A stretch of 64,000 nt of DNA from an uncultured Vampirovibrio sp. Lineage in GTDB: Bacteria; Cyanobacteriota; Vampirovibrionia; Gastranaerophilales; Gastranaerophilaceae. The stretch's first letter is position 1, and each line of letters begins with the position of its first letter. The notes beneath the pieces were generated by a model, which saw only the letters and a program-made list of their open reading frames with translations, had not been told where the DNA came from and searched no databases. The position numbers and the translations under genes are program-made. The stretch is from the NCBI GenBank assembly GCA_910583725.1, contig CAJTXZ010000011.1:6219-70218 (forward strand), in the 5' to 3' direction. Positions 36,806 to 46,559 of this stretch are shown here, one piece after another.

Positions 36806-37116
36806 CCTCTGTGGTTTTGTTTAGCACCCAAAGATGCCTAAAAACCTTATTTAACGGCATTTTACAAAAAGATTAAAAGAATTAAAGTTTAATTTTAGTT
36901 TAATTCAGCAAAGGCGGGAATACATTCCTGCCTCTTTTTGTAACTATTTTTGATAAAAACAGTTTAAATATTATTAACCGGCAATTTATATTAGCAGGCT
37001 GGCAACGCGCCTTTTGTGACAATTATAAGGCGGCAAATCCTTTACTGCTGTTTGTCGTTGGATTATACTGTAATTGGTTTTTTGGCCGTATTTTGCAAAG
37101 TAAAGAAAGACATATT

Positions 37117-37629
37117 ATGAAATATTGCCCTGAGTGTTCTGAAAAATTAATATTAAAAGAATCCTTTAATTGTGGCATTTCAGATGGCTTTGTTCCATAC
37201 TGCACAAAATGCAGCAAGTTTCATTTCCCTATGTTTAATGTGGCTGCAAGCTCTGTTATCTATAATAAAGATTATTCAAAAACGCTTCTTATTCAACAAT
37301 ACGGAAGGGGTGTCAATATTCTAGTTGCAGGCTATGTAAATAAGGGCGAAACCCTTGAAGATGCACTCATTAGGGAAATTAAAGAAGAAGTAAACCTTGA
37401 TGTATCAACATATCATTTTAATGCAAGCAAATATTTTGGAAAATCAAACAGTTTAATTTGTAACTTTATCGTTACAACAAATAATGAAGAAATAAAATGT
37501 AATCCCGAAGTTGATTTTGCAAAATGGTATTCAATTGAAGAAGCTAAAAATGTTGTCCTGAAAAACAGCCTTGCAGAAGAATTTTTCTTAAAATCCCTAT
37601 CTAAATTTCCACAAAAGGTTTTCAATTAA
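37117..37629 (+). CDS. NUDIX hydrolase with an N-terminal zinc ribbon (NudC-like architecture)
   Basis: CPEC...CTKC zinc ribbon. Nudix box GYVNKGETLEDALIREIKEEVNL. ATG at 37117 preferred over the TTG at 37093. Confidence 0.8.
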   Translation: MKYCPECSEKLILKESFNCGISDGFVPYCTKCSKFHFPMFNVAASSVIYNKDYSKTLLIQQYGRGVNILVAGYVNKGETLEDALIREIKEEVNLDVSTYHFNASKYFGKSNSLICNFIVTTNNEEIKCNPEVDFAKWYSIEEAKNVVLKNSLAEEFFLKSLSKFPQKVFN

Positions 37630-37811
37630 CAAACTAACCATCTTCTTTATTAATTGTGGTGTGTATTCAAATTGCCATACGCTATAAAGCCCAAACATAC
37701 AAGATTTATTAAGAAACGTAAATATATTTTCAAAATATGGCAATTTTTATAATTCACAAAGCTTAAACAAGATGTATCAAATATACGATTAATAAAAAGG
37801 AAGGGAATAAC

Positions 37812-38303
37812 ATGCAAATTAACAACAGTCTGGCGCAAATTTCAAACAATCAAAGATTAAACAATGCAGCAAGGGTAAATAACCAGCCCAGCTTTAGCGG
37901 TACAATAAAGCCTGCAGCGGCTGACGCTTTTATTAAGGAAACTAAAAAGTTTTCTTCTAATGTGGGTGAACAGAATCAAATTGTAAAAGCGTTTACTAAG
38001 ATAATAGACAGGGTAAAACAAAGCCAGGTTCTTGATGTCGATGGAATTAGTAAGGCTAATGGTTTTGACTTTACATTTGTTGATAAAACCAAAGTAGGCA
38101 AGCCTATTGATGGCAAACTTTCCTTTTCACTTAAAGGTTTAGAAGAAACACCGGAAGGCGTAATGGCAAAAATAGATATCCCAGGAGGCGGTAAAGTTCA
38201 ATTAAATGACCCTGAATTGCCGATCAATGGTTTTGTTGATGTCTTTATAGATGAGCTTGACAAGCAAGAAGCAAAAGTTTTAGGTAAGGCAGTAAAATCT
38301 TAA
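37812..38303 (+). CDS. hypothetical protein (N/Q-rich N-terminus with SFSG motif)
   Basis: AAGGAAGGG RBS; 163 aa; no signal peptide and no recognised domain. Confidence 0.6.
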   Translation: MQINNSLAQISNNQRLNNAARVNNQPSFSGTIKPAAADAFIKETKKFSSNVGEQNQIVKAFTKIIDRVKQSQVLDVDGISKANGFDFTFVDKTKVGKPIDGKLSFSLKGLEETPEGVMAKIDIPGGGKVQLNDPELPINGFVDVFIDELDKQEAKVLGKAVKS

Positions 38304-38373
38304 ACTCCGGCACTTTTTAAAAGGCCAGATGAGCCTAAACTTAAACATAACTAAATAATAATTAATTAAACCC

Positions 38374-38416
38374 AATGGGCGCGCACATTTTATTGATTGA
38401 CACGCGCCCATTTTAA
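38374..38416 (+). terminator. GC-rich hairpin terminator candidate
   Basis: aatgggcgcg (38374-83) / cgcgcccatt (38403-12) followed by tt. Confidence 0.45.
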
Positions 38417-38540
38417 ATTACTGGTAAACTCTTTGAAGAATTTCTGTTAAAATCCTGCAAAAATCAATGTGCAAGCTTTATGCCGCCTGCAGATGCGATA
38501 AAAAACATTTAACAAGAGATGTAAATTTTATACAGCCTCC

Positions 38541-39170
38541 CTATTTTACTATCTCCATAACCTCATCTAAACCCTTCTTTGGCACTCTGTTTGGGTTTTC
38601 GGCGTACGGTTTTCCTATTGTTAAGATTGTAACAATTTTTTCATCTTCGCGAAGGCCAAGAATTTTTTTAAACTCATCATGCGCTAAAACAGGCGCCACC
38701 ATCCAGCAGCTGCCAAGGCCAAGCGCATTTGCTGATAAAATCATATTTTCAATAGCTCCGCCCATACTTAAAAGATAAGAATCCGGGCGCATTTTAGCAA
38801 CTTCTTCCTTTGAATAATCAGCCTCTTCTAAAACCCCGCCCATAAAGGATTGCGCCTTAATTTCAACACAAACTATCACAACAGGTGCATCCTTAAAAAA
38901 CGCTGAATGCGCCTTATATCTTGAAACACCCTCTTTTGTTTCATCCTTAATCCTTGCCATAATTTCATCATATTTTGTTAAGACTGCCTCCGCCATTTCA
39001 TTCTTAATTTTTTGATTATAAACAGCTAAAAACCGCCAGTTTTGCACATTCATAGCAGCAGGCGCCAGCCTTGCAGAATTAATTATCCTCTTGATTTCAT
39101 CGTCTGTCGGTATATAATCAGCATATTTTCTGATAGTTTTTCTTGTATCAATACATTCAAATATTTCCAT
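38541..39170 (-). CDS. nitroreductase-family oxidoreductase
   Basis: TRKTIRKY...ARLAPAAMNVQNWRF N-terminal signature and a C-terminal GLGSCWM motif. Confidence 0.85.
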   Translation of the reverse strand: MEIFECIDTRKTIRKYADYIPTDDEIKRIINSARLAPAAMNVQNWRFLAVYNQKIKNEMAEAVLTKYDEIMARIKDETKEGVSRYKAHSAFFKDAPVVIVCVEIKAQSFMGGVLEEADYSKEEVAKMRPDSYLLSMGGAIENMILSANALGLGSCWMVAPVLAHDEFKKILGLREDEKIVTILTIGKPYAENPNRVPKKGLDEVMEIVK

Positions 39171-39199
39171 AATAAAACTCCTTATAGTAGAATAAATTT

Positions 39200-39973
39200 A
39201 TGAATAAAATTAAAATCTTAATTTCTATACTAGCTTTTTTTCTTTGCTTTGTAAACTGCCTTCATCCGCAATACGCCAAAGCTAAGCAGAATTTTGAATA
39301 CAGCGTTTATACACCTGAAACCTTCCAAAGGCTCAACCAGGAAACTCCCCAGTTTGAGGCCGGCTCAAACATTCTATTCATTATGGATTTTTCAAACTCT
39401 ATGAATGAAAAAATGGGTCAAAAGACTAAACTCCAGGTGGCACTTGAAACTTTGACCATAATTTTGCCAAAAATTCCGGAGAGTGTAAAAACAGGCCTAA
39501 GAGTATATGGCCACAGAGCCGGTTTTACCTATCTTCAAGGCTGTATGGCATCAAAACTTGTAGTACCCTTTGCCCAAAGAAATGCTGATAATATCCTTGG
39601 TGCACTTTATCACACCAGTGCAGTCGGCTGGACGCCTATAACTTATTCCCTAAAACAAGCCGTAAATTCTGATTTTGCAGCTATTCAAGGCAAAAAACAT
39701 ATAGTATTATTGACAGATGGCGGTGAAAACTGTGATGAGAGCCCCTGCACATACGCTATAGAGCTGATGAAGCTGAGAGATGACATTTCAATAGACGTGA
39801 TAGCATTTGATATCAATGATGTTGAGGCAAATAACCAGCTAAGATGCGCTGCAGTTACTACAAGAGGCAAATTTTATACCGCAAATACGCCATATCAGCT
39901 GTTAGACAGCCTTTTTGAAAGCCTAAACATAGATAAAAACGTAAAAGGCACAATAAAAATGAATGAAAATTAA
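39200..39973 (+). CDS. secreted von Willebrand factor type A (VWA) domain protein
   Basis: Signal peptide, MIDAS motif ILFIMDFSNSM, and later TPITYSL and VLLTDGGEN. Confidence 0.8.
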   Translation: MNKIKILISILAFFLCFVNCLHPQYAKAKQNFEYSVYTPETFQRLNQETPQFEAGSNILFIMDFSNSMNEKMGQKTKLQVALETLTIILPKIPESVKTGLRVYGHRAGFTYLQGCMASKLVVPFAQRNADNILGALYHTSAVGWTPITYSLKQAVNSDFAAIQGKKHIVLLTDGGENCDESPCTYAIELMKLRDDISIDVIAFDINDVEANNQLRCAAVTTRGKFYTANTPYQLLDSLFESLNIDKNVKGTIKMNEN

Positions 39974-39988
39974 GGAATTTTAGGAATT

Positions 39989-40414
39989 ATGAAACTCTCT
40001 GAAAGCCTGGAAGACTATCTGGAGGCGATTTACAACACAATCTTAAATAAAGGCGAGGCGAAGGTTACAGAAATCTCAAACATTTTAAACGTCAAAAAAG
40101 CTTCTGTGACGGGTGCTTTGATAAGTTTAAAAAATAAGGGATTGATAAATTATGAGCCCTATTGCGCTATAACCCTGACAGAACAAGGAAAAGCGCGCGC
40201 CTGTGAAATAATTGAAAAGCATAAAGTCATGAGCGAATTTTTGGAAAATATCCTAAAACTTCCCAGAGAAGAAGCCATCGAAAACGCCTGCAAAATGGAG
40301 CATATAATGTCAGAAACTATGTTTTGCCGGATGACAAAATTTTCTGTTTTTATTCAGGATTTATGCACAAAGTCCCCCGAACTCAAGGCAAAAATTGAAC
40401 AATTGTATAAATAA
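39989..40414 (+). CDS. DtxR/MntR-family metal-dependent transcriptional repressor
   Basis: SESLEDYLEAIY start, a wHTH (VTEISNILNVKKASVTGALISLKNKGLI) and HKVMSEFL in the dimerisation/metal region. Confidence 0.85.
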   Translation: MKLSESLEDYLEAIYNTILNKGEAKVTEISNILNVKKASVTGALISLKNKGLINYEPYCAITLTEQGKARACEIIEKHKVMSEFLENILKLPREEAIENACKMEHIMSETMFCRMTKFSVFIQDLCTKSPELKAKIEQLYK

Positions 40415-40526
40415 TTGCGAAAAACCATTACAGGCTAAAGCTTTTACAATCATCAAAACAAAATTCTTCCGGATTAACATTTTTAATACGTGCAGATTTT
40501 ATATTGCTAAACATAATTTTTGGCAA

Positions 40527-40704
40527 TTATATACAATTTTACACTTGCTAATTAAATGATTATTTTTTTCATTCCGGGCCTTATGTATAAAAATGAGCAG
40601 GATAAGTTTCACTTTGCTTTGAAACTTATTTGGAACACCCTTTTTATATATAAGGACTTCCATTGCAAGAAAAAGCCAAATATTTTTGTATAAAATTGCA
40701 TATT
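40527..40704 (-). repeat. extended-hairpin dispersed element, copy B (inverted orientation, imperfect central stem)
   Basis: The reverse complement carries CTTGCAATGGAAGTCC...GGAATGAAAAAA and the downstream block CATTTAATTAGCAAGTGTAAAATTG shared with copy C. Terminal inverted repeats at ~40529-44 / 40688-703. Confidence 0.75.
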
Positions 40705-40979
40705 ATTACCCATTTTTTAAAGAGAGAATGTCATAAACCCGCATAAAAATGTATAAAGAAGGATGACTGTCAAGAACACTACATACAATTGGATATAATA
40801 AGTTAGGCTTGACAAACTTTTTTGTTTATTTTACAAATTAAATTTGTTAGGCAAAACTAACAAAATCTATAAAATACAAAACCCGCTACACAAAGCCTTT
40901 TTGAAGCTATGGCTTTTTATAAAAGCCTATGCTGCAGCCAATACAAGATATAAAAATCAGTTAGAATAAGGACATTACT

Positions 40980-42302
40980 ATGAAAACATCCGTCATTGGT
41001 AAATTTTTAGACCAGCCTCTCATTATAAGCAAATTAAAGGATAAAACTCCAAAACTCTTGGCGGGCGCAGCTTTTGCCTATGGCGCATATGATACCTTGA
41101 AAACAAAAAAAGAGGATAGAAAAAACCGCGCCATAAAAAATACAATTATATTATCAACCGTCACAGCCACTTCTTTAATTAGCGCCTTTGGGCTTAAAAT
41201 AGGCAAAAAACAGCTATTTTCAGGCCTTGTAAATGTCAAAAACCAAAAAGAAATTTTGGCCGGTCAAAAAAATGTAATTGACAATTTCCTAAAAGAAAAC
41301 CACGTTGATAAAAAAACACAAGAAGCGTTAAGTAAAGCAAAAACAGGCATTTTGGGACTTAAAGATACTAAAGAAGTCCTTAAATTGGCTAATTCGAATG
41401 TGAAAAACTCTCAAAACGCACAGTATAATGGCATAGACGAACTTTTTGATACACTATTTTCTAAAAAAGAAAATTTGAATGCGAAAGAAATATTTAAAGA
41501 AACAGGCAGATTGTCGTTTTTGGGCCTTATGCCTGTGGCCTCAGGCGTTATTAGCGGTATTTTGGCTGAAAAAATTACAGACGAAAATACCCCAAAATCC
41601 TCATCCGACAAGATAAAAGAGGGTGCTTACCAATTTTTAGCTAACATTTTTATGTGCAACGTAGGCGCAGCCGGCGCATTGTTCGCTGCTGAAAGATTGC
41701 AAAAGGCAGGTAAAATAAAAGCTTTAACCCCAATTAAAAAACTCGGCGTCATTATGGGTGGAATATTTATAACAGGCATTATGGGGGGCAGCTTTGTGGC
41801 AAATTGGATAGGCAAAAAGGTTTTAGACCCGATTTTTGATAAAAAATACAAACATCCAAAAACCCAGCTGCAACAAGGCTTTGCTTTATATTCACCCCTG
41901 GCGTTTAAAGGGGATGAATTTAACAAAATCACTGGCGGCAAAGCCTTGAAAGTCACACAGGACAAACCTTTTAAACCTAACCAGCCCGCCGTGCCAACAA
42001 AAACGCATATTTCTGGCGGTAATGAACCCATAATGCACGCAAACTCCCCGGACATAGAAAATAGCTCGCGCGTGAAACCTGCTCATTGCGGGCAAATTAC
42101 AGATACTCATCCGCTAAAAACTAAGCATAGTGCGCTTTATGCTGAAAGAAAACCCGAACTTTTAGATATGGCGCTGCATACAGACGATATTGCAACAGCA
42201 GGCATATTGTCGGGCTTTAAATGGATTGAGCCCATGCTGCCCCTAATGTACACTATATCAGGCTATCGGGCAGGCATAGGCTATAGAAATAACGCTAAAT
42301 AA
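40980..42302 (+). CDS. hypothetical polytopic membrane protein
   Basis: 440 aa with several hydrophobic segments; AAGGA RBS; no family recognised. Confidence 0.6.
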   Translation: MKTSVIGKFLDQPLIISKLKDKTPKLLAGAAFAYGAYDTLKTKKEDRKNRAIKNTIILSTVTATSLISAFGLKIGKKQLFSGLVNVKNQKEILAGQKNVIDNFLKENHVDKKTQEALSKAKTGILGLKDTKEVLKLANSNVKNSQNAQYNGIDELFDTLFSKKENLNAKEIFKETGRLSFLGLMPVASGVISGILAEKITDENTPKSSSDKIKEGAYQFLANIFMCNVGAAGALFAAERLQKAGKIKALTPIKKLGVIMGGIFITGIMGGSFVANWIGKKVLDPIFDKKYKHPKTQLQQGFALYSPLAFKGDEFNKITGGKALKVTQDKPFKPNQPAVPTKTHISGGNEPIMHANSPDIENSSRVKPAHCGQITDTHPLKTKHSALYAERKPELLDMALHTDDIATAGILSGFKWIEPMLPLMYTISGYRAGIGYRNNAK

Positions 42303-42312
42303 GCATTTTAGG

Positions 42313-42879
42313 CTAAAATTCAACCTTTGGCGCTTGTTTTTCAGTCTCTGTTATTTCAAAATAATCTCTCTGTTTAATCCCTGAAACCATCGCTACAATT
42401 GAGGTTGGGAAGGTTCTGATTACGGAATTTATAGATTTTACGCTTTCGTTATAGTCTCTTCTTGCTGTTGCTATGCGGTTTTCAGTGCCTGCAAGTTCAT
42501 CCTGTAAAGCCACAAATGACCTGTCAGCCTTTAATTCCGGATATCTTTCAACCACCAAAAGAAGCCTTGAAAGCGCGCTGTTTAACTCGCCCGTGCTTTG
42601 CTGTACAGCCTTTACGTCCTTAGAATTTATCGAGCCTGCTAATTTGGACCTTGCTTCCGCTATGTTGGTAAAAACCTCCTTTTCATGCGTAGCATAGCCT
42701 TTTACGGTGTTTACAAAGTTTGGAATAAGGTCATTTCGGCGCTTTAATTGGTTTTCAACCTGTGCCCAGTTTGCGCTGACATTTTCATCCATCACCTGCA
42801 GCCTGTTGTATGTGCCGGCAAAAACCGAACCTATCGCAAGAATAACCGCCAAAATCCCTAGTAATATTGCACTTTTCAT
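42313..42879 (-). CDS. lemA: LemA-family protein
   Basis: N-terminal TM, then YNRLQVMDENVSANWAQVENQLKRRNDLIPNFVNTVKGYATHEKEVF, the characteristic LemA block. Confidence 0.85.
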   Translation of the reverse strand: MKSAILLGILAVILAIGSVFAGTYNRLQVMDENVSANWAQVENQLKRRNDLIPNFVNTVKGYATHEKEVFTNIAEARSKLAGSINSKDVKAVQQSTGELNSALSRLLLVVERYPELKADRSFVALQDELAGTENRIATARRDYNESVKSINSVIRTFPTSIVAMVSGIKQRDYFEITETEKQAPKVEF

Positions 42880-43065
42880 ATTTTTCTCCTTTTATACGTC
42901 CTTTTACATTGTATTTACTGCTTTTTAATTATTTCACTTTCTGTAAAGCTTCGTCATTAGTATATTTTACGTTTGTAAATCATTAAAACCTTTACTCTGG
43001 GCTGTTTTATAATATTTATTACGCTGAAAGCCCCTTCTATCTTGCCTTTAGCGGCTCTATAAATT

Positions 43066-43803
43066 TTACCATCCTCTGGATGAGCCTCCCCCGCCAAAAC
43101 CGCCCCCTCCGCCAAAGGAAATTTTGCCTCCTCCGCCAAATCCGCCGCCAAACCCTCCGAAACCGCCGCCAAAACCCCTTGGGCCAAATAAAATCAGAAA
43201 TATTATTATGATAAGCAATATTGTCCCAAAATCATCCTCTCCTCCTTCCGGAAGAGGCTTTTGCCCGGATAGTTCTACATTATAGCCTTTTGCAACCTCA
43301 TGTGCAACAGCCAAAACTCCGGCCACTGTGCCCTTTTCGTAGTTTCCCTCCCTAAAGTAGGGTATCATATAATTATCTAAAATCCTTCCTGCCTTAGAAT
43401 CAGGAAGAATGCCCTCAAGGCCGTAACCCACTTCTATCCTTGCTTTTCTGTCATTTGGCGCCACAAGAATAACAGCCCCGTTGTTTAATTTTTTGTCCCC
43501 GATTTTATATTGCCTGCCTATTTCAAGCGAAATATCTTCTATTGGCCTGTTATCAAGGCTTTTAAGGGTAACAAGAACCACATCAGCCTTTGTTTTATCC
43601 TGTAATTCAAGCAATATCTGATTTAGCGCCCTTTTATTGCTTTCTGATACAATGTTTGCATTATCCGCAATAAAACCCTCAAAATTTAAGGCCTCAAGGC
43701 AGTTTCCGCCGCATACTGAAATTATTAAAAACAAAAATATTAAAATTATTTTTTTTATCATAACCGCCGTACAGTCAAATATTTTAGCATTTTTTTTATT
43801 CAA
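43066..43803 (-). CDS. TPM-domain protein (YgcG-like) with a C-terminal TM and Gly-rich tail
   Basis: FIADNANIVSESNKRALNQILLELQDKTKADVVLVTLKSL and EVGYGLEGILPD motifs. GGFGG repeats at the C-terminus. Usual partner of LemA. The start could be 43761. Confidence 0.8.
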   Translation of the reverse strand: MNKKNAKIFDCTAVMIKKIILIFLFLIISVCGGNCLEALNFEGFIADNANIVSESNKRALNQILLELQDKTKADVVLVTLKSLDNRPIEDISLEIGRQYKIGDKKLNNGAVILVAPNDRKARIEVGYGLEGILPDSKAGRILDNYMIPYFREGNYEKGTVAGVLAVAHEVAKGYNVELSGQKPLPEGGEDDFGTILLIIIIFLILFGPRGFGGGFGGFGGGFGGGGKISFGGGGGFGGGGSSRGW

Positions 43804-44026
43804 AAAAAGTATAATTTAAAAAACAAAAATCACAAGCCCCCGGCTGGTGCCAGCCGGCATAAAACATTTCAAGGCTTCTTGCCAAATGCTGATATGACCG
43901 CCATATAGGCTAAAGCCTTATCTCTGCGGGCGCTTATCCTGCCTTAATACCGCATGTCAAATAAAATTTTGCCTAAAATTCCTAATTTACTTGACTTTGC
44001 CCCTATAAATCTATAACATACAAAAT

Positions 44027-45697
44027 ATGAAAGAAATTTTTGTGGTTTCGCCAATAAAACATCCTGAGGACATTTTAAACTTTACAAAAAATGTAAAGTG
44101 CAGAGAATTTTACGTTTATCACCACCGCTTTATGAAAAATACTCCAAAGGGTGATTTTCAGTATATTAACGAATATATTGATGCCGCAAAGCAAACAGGC
44201 TCAAGGATTTTTGTAAATTTTAAGCATTCTATAACAGAAGAAGATGTAAATGTTACAAAAAAATTCATTCAATTCCTTGCAACCACAGACATTGACGGCA
44301 TTTTTGTAAATTCCTACGGAATTTTGGAAATCATAAAAACGATGGATTTGCCCTTCAAGGTTATAATTGATTCATATTTTGATATTCATAACCTCTCAGG
44401 CGTTGAGTTTATGGAGATGTTTCATAAAATTGACGGCCTCATAATTACAGAAGAAGTTTACCTTAAAAACATCGAAAAAATAAAAAAATACGCTAAAATT
44501 CCCCTCTCAGTTGATTCAGATAACCTTCCCTACTTTGCCGAGGATTTAATAAAATCAAAGGCAATAAGCGCTGTTGTAATAAAAGGCAAATTTTCAACGA
44601 GCGAAGAAATTTTAGACGGAATTAAGCTTGTTGAAAAGATTTTGGCTAAACCAAAAATGTTTAAGGAGCAAAAACTTCCCTTTAAACACGTTAGAAAAAG
44701 TTTTTACAAAACCATACATTTTTCAGGCGAAATCGTCTCAGCAACAGGCGAAGATTTTAAGTTTGCAAATTATATTCAAAAATATGACTGGAAACTAAGG
44801 TGCAAAAGGCTTAAAAAGTTTGATTATTCAAAACTTCAACTGCCAAGGCTGAATTTAAGGCTCTCAAGCCTGGAACAGTTTAAGGAGCTTCGAAAATTTA
44901 TTTATACTATGGGCTTTAACCCCGTTAACTCAATTGAATACGGCGAAGTGGCATCTACGGCCGATTTGGCAACAATTCCTTTTGAGGAATTAGTAAACCG
45001 CGCAAGGGATTTTTGTGATGAATTTGGTATGGATTTAAATATTTCAACCCCGAGAATCCTTATAGAAAGAGACTTTGAGAGGGTTTATGAAACAGTAAAA
45101 ATGCTTTGTCTAATAGAGCCAAGGCCAAAAACGGTTGTAATCAATAATATCGGTTTCTTCTGGGCAAAGATGAATGATAGCGAATTTCAGACAACGCCTG
45201 TTGAAATAGGCGCCGGTATTAATCTTTTAAACAGTTATTCAATTAAATGTTTGTCAAACCTGAATCCTATTGATACGCTTGATTTTTCAGCCCTTGGCGA
45301 TGAAGAAAATATTATAAAATGCATTAAAAAAACAAAAAGGGTAATCAGAACCAAAAAAATCCGGATTGCGGGCGCAAAAAGAGTAGAAAGCCTTGGTTTA
45401 TGTCCCTTAAATTGCAATTCTGCTGTGGTATCAAGGCTTATGTGTGCAGCCCCCTGTCACAAAGGCCATTGGTCTGTTAAAGACCCGTCTTTAAATAAAA
45501 TTTTACCCTTTGTTGTTGATGGTTTTTGTAAAATGCATATGTTTGAAGCAGATATTGAAGAAAATTTCGATAAAATTCCATATTATCAAAGCCTCGGGTT
45601 TAATGAATTTGTGATAGATTTCCTTGCAATCCATTCTGCCTTGCTTCCCAAGCTTTTAAAGAACTATCTTTGTTTTTGGGCATCTTTTGAGGGTTAA
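44027..45697 (+). CDS. peptidase-U32-family-like protein with a C-terminal Cys cluster
   Basis: The layout IFVNFKHSI...IDGIFVNSYGILEIIK..DLPFKVIIDSYFDIHNLSGVEF parallels the U32 core (V..T.N...vDaiiv.D.G.l.li.....l.ih.Stq.ni.N). CPLNCNSAVVSRLMCAAPCHKGH lies near the C-terminus. Confidence 0.55.
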   Translation: MKEIFVVSPIKHPEDILNFTKNVKCREFYVYHHRFMKNTPKGDFQYINEYIDAAKQTGSRIFVNFKHSITEEDVNVTKKFIQFLATTDIDGIFVNSYGILEIIKTMDLPFKVIIDSYFDIHNLSGVEFMEMFHKIDGLIITEEVYLKNIEKIKKYAKIPLSVDSDNLPYFAEDLIKSKAISAVVIKGKFSTSEEILDGIKLVEKILAKPKMFKEQKLPFKHVRKSFYKTIHFSGEIVSATGEDFKFANYIQKYDWKLRCKRLKKFDYSKLQLPRLNLRLSSLEQFKELRKFIYTMGFNPVNSIEYGEVASTADLATIPFEELVNRARDFCDEFGMDLNISTPRILIERDFERVYETVKMLCLIEPRPKTVVINNIGFFWAKMNDSEFQTTPVEIGAGINLLNSYSIKCLSNLNPIDTLDFSALGDEENIIKCIKKTKRVIRTKKIRIAGAKRVESLGLCPLNCNSAVVSRLMCAAPCHKGHWSVKDPSLNKILPFVVDGFCKMHMFEADIEENFDKIPYYQSLGFNEFVIDFLAIHSALLPKLLKNYLCFWASFEG

Positions 45698-45812
45698 TTT
45701 TGCCAAAAAATTTTTTAAGATTAAACCCCTGTGTATTTTCATTTTTAAACGGTCTTCAAACACATACAACAAACCGCCGCACCGCCTTATATATAATTAA
45801 GGCCTGAACAAT

Positions 45813-46358
45813 TTATTTAATCATTCCCTGAATCTCTTTAAAATTAGGGTTTTTAGCGGTTTTTAGCCATTCAAACAGTACAATTTCAAGGCAGGTAATC
45901 TTTGCGCCGAGGCTTCTTAACAAATCCATCGCACATTCAAACTCAACCTTGTTTCTGCTGGCGCATAAGTCTCTTAGTACAAAAACTTCGTATCCTTCCT
46001 CTAAAAGTTTCACTGCTGTTTGATAAACACAAATGTGCGCCTCAATTCCGCATATTATCACCTGCTTTTTACCCAGAGACTTAATGGTTTCAGCGTATCC
46101 GGGCTCCATAAGCGCACAAAAATCAGTCTTTTCTAAGGGGTGATATTCGCTCAGTTCTGATTTAATCGCTTCAATAGTGCTTCCAAGGCCGCTCGGGTAT
46201 TGCTCTGTCACAAGCGTATTTACACCAAGAAGCTTTGCAGCCTTCACAAGCTTTGGCGCCTTATTTAGCATCTGCTCTTTAATGCCCTGATTCAGGGCTC
46301 CCATAAGTTTTTCCTGAATATCAATAATTAAAACCAGGCTGTCCATTGTTTTTAGCAT
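45813..46358 (-). CDS. isochorismatase-family hydrolase
   Basis: LVLIIDIQEKL N-terminal motif and the catalytic-Cys context VIICGIEAHICV. Confidence 0.8.
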   Translation of the reverse strand: MLKTMDSLVLIIDIQEKLMGALNQGIKEQMLNKAPKLVKAAKLLGVNTLVTEQYPSGLGSTIEAIKSELSEYHPLEKTDFCALMEPGYAETIKSLGKKQVIICGIEAHICVYQTAVKLLEEGYEVFVLRDLCASRNKVEFECAMDLLRSLGAKITCLEIVLFEWLKTAKNPNFKEIQGMIK

Positions 46359-46523
46359 ATTTTTTCCTCTTGTTATTAATGTGTTTCAGTTAGCATATAA
46401 GTCTTTGCCAAACGGCCCGCGCGGTTTTTCAGCCGGAAGCAATACCCTTGGCAATATTTATTATATTTGCTCAAAAATAATTAGAAAGATTTTTTAAAAA
46501 ATCATCCGATTGATATACCTTTC

Positions 46524-46552
46524 TTGCCCGAATGCAATAGGGGTGGTATAAT
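46524..46552 (+). promoter_or_regulatory. sigma-70-like promoter with an extended -10 (TTGCCC-17-TGgTATAAT) ending 7 nt before the ATG
   Basis: TTGCCC at 46524-29, TGG at 46544-46, TATAAT at 46547-52; ATG at 46560. Confidence 0.4.
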
Positions 46553-46559
46553 TGCCTAT

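Noticed and set aside
42957-43187. 76-aa ORF overlapping the Gly-rich tail region of the TPM protein
   Set aside because: It is an alternative-frame reading of the GC-rich GGFGG-coding repeat, with no independent support.
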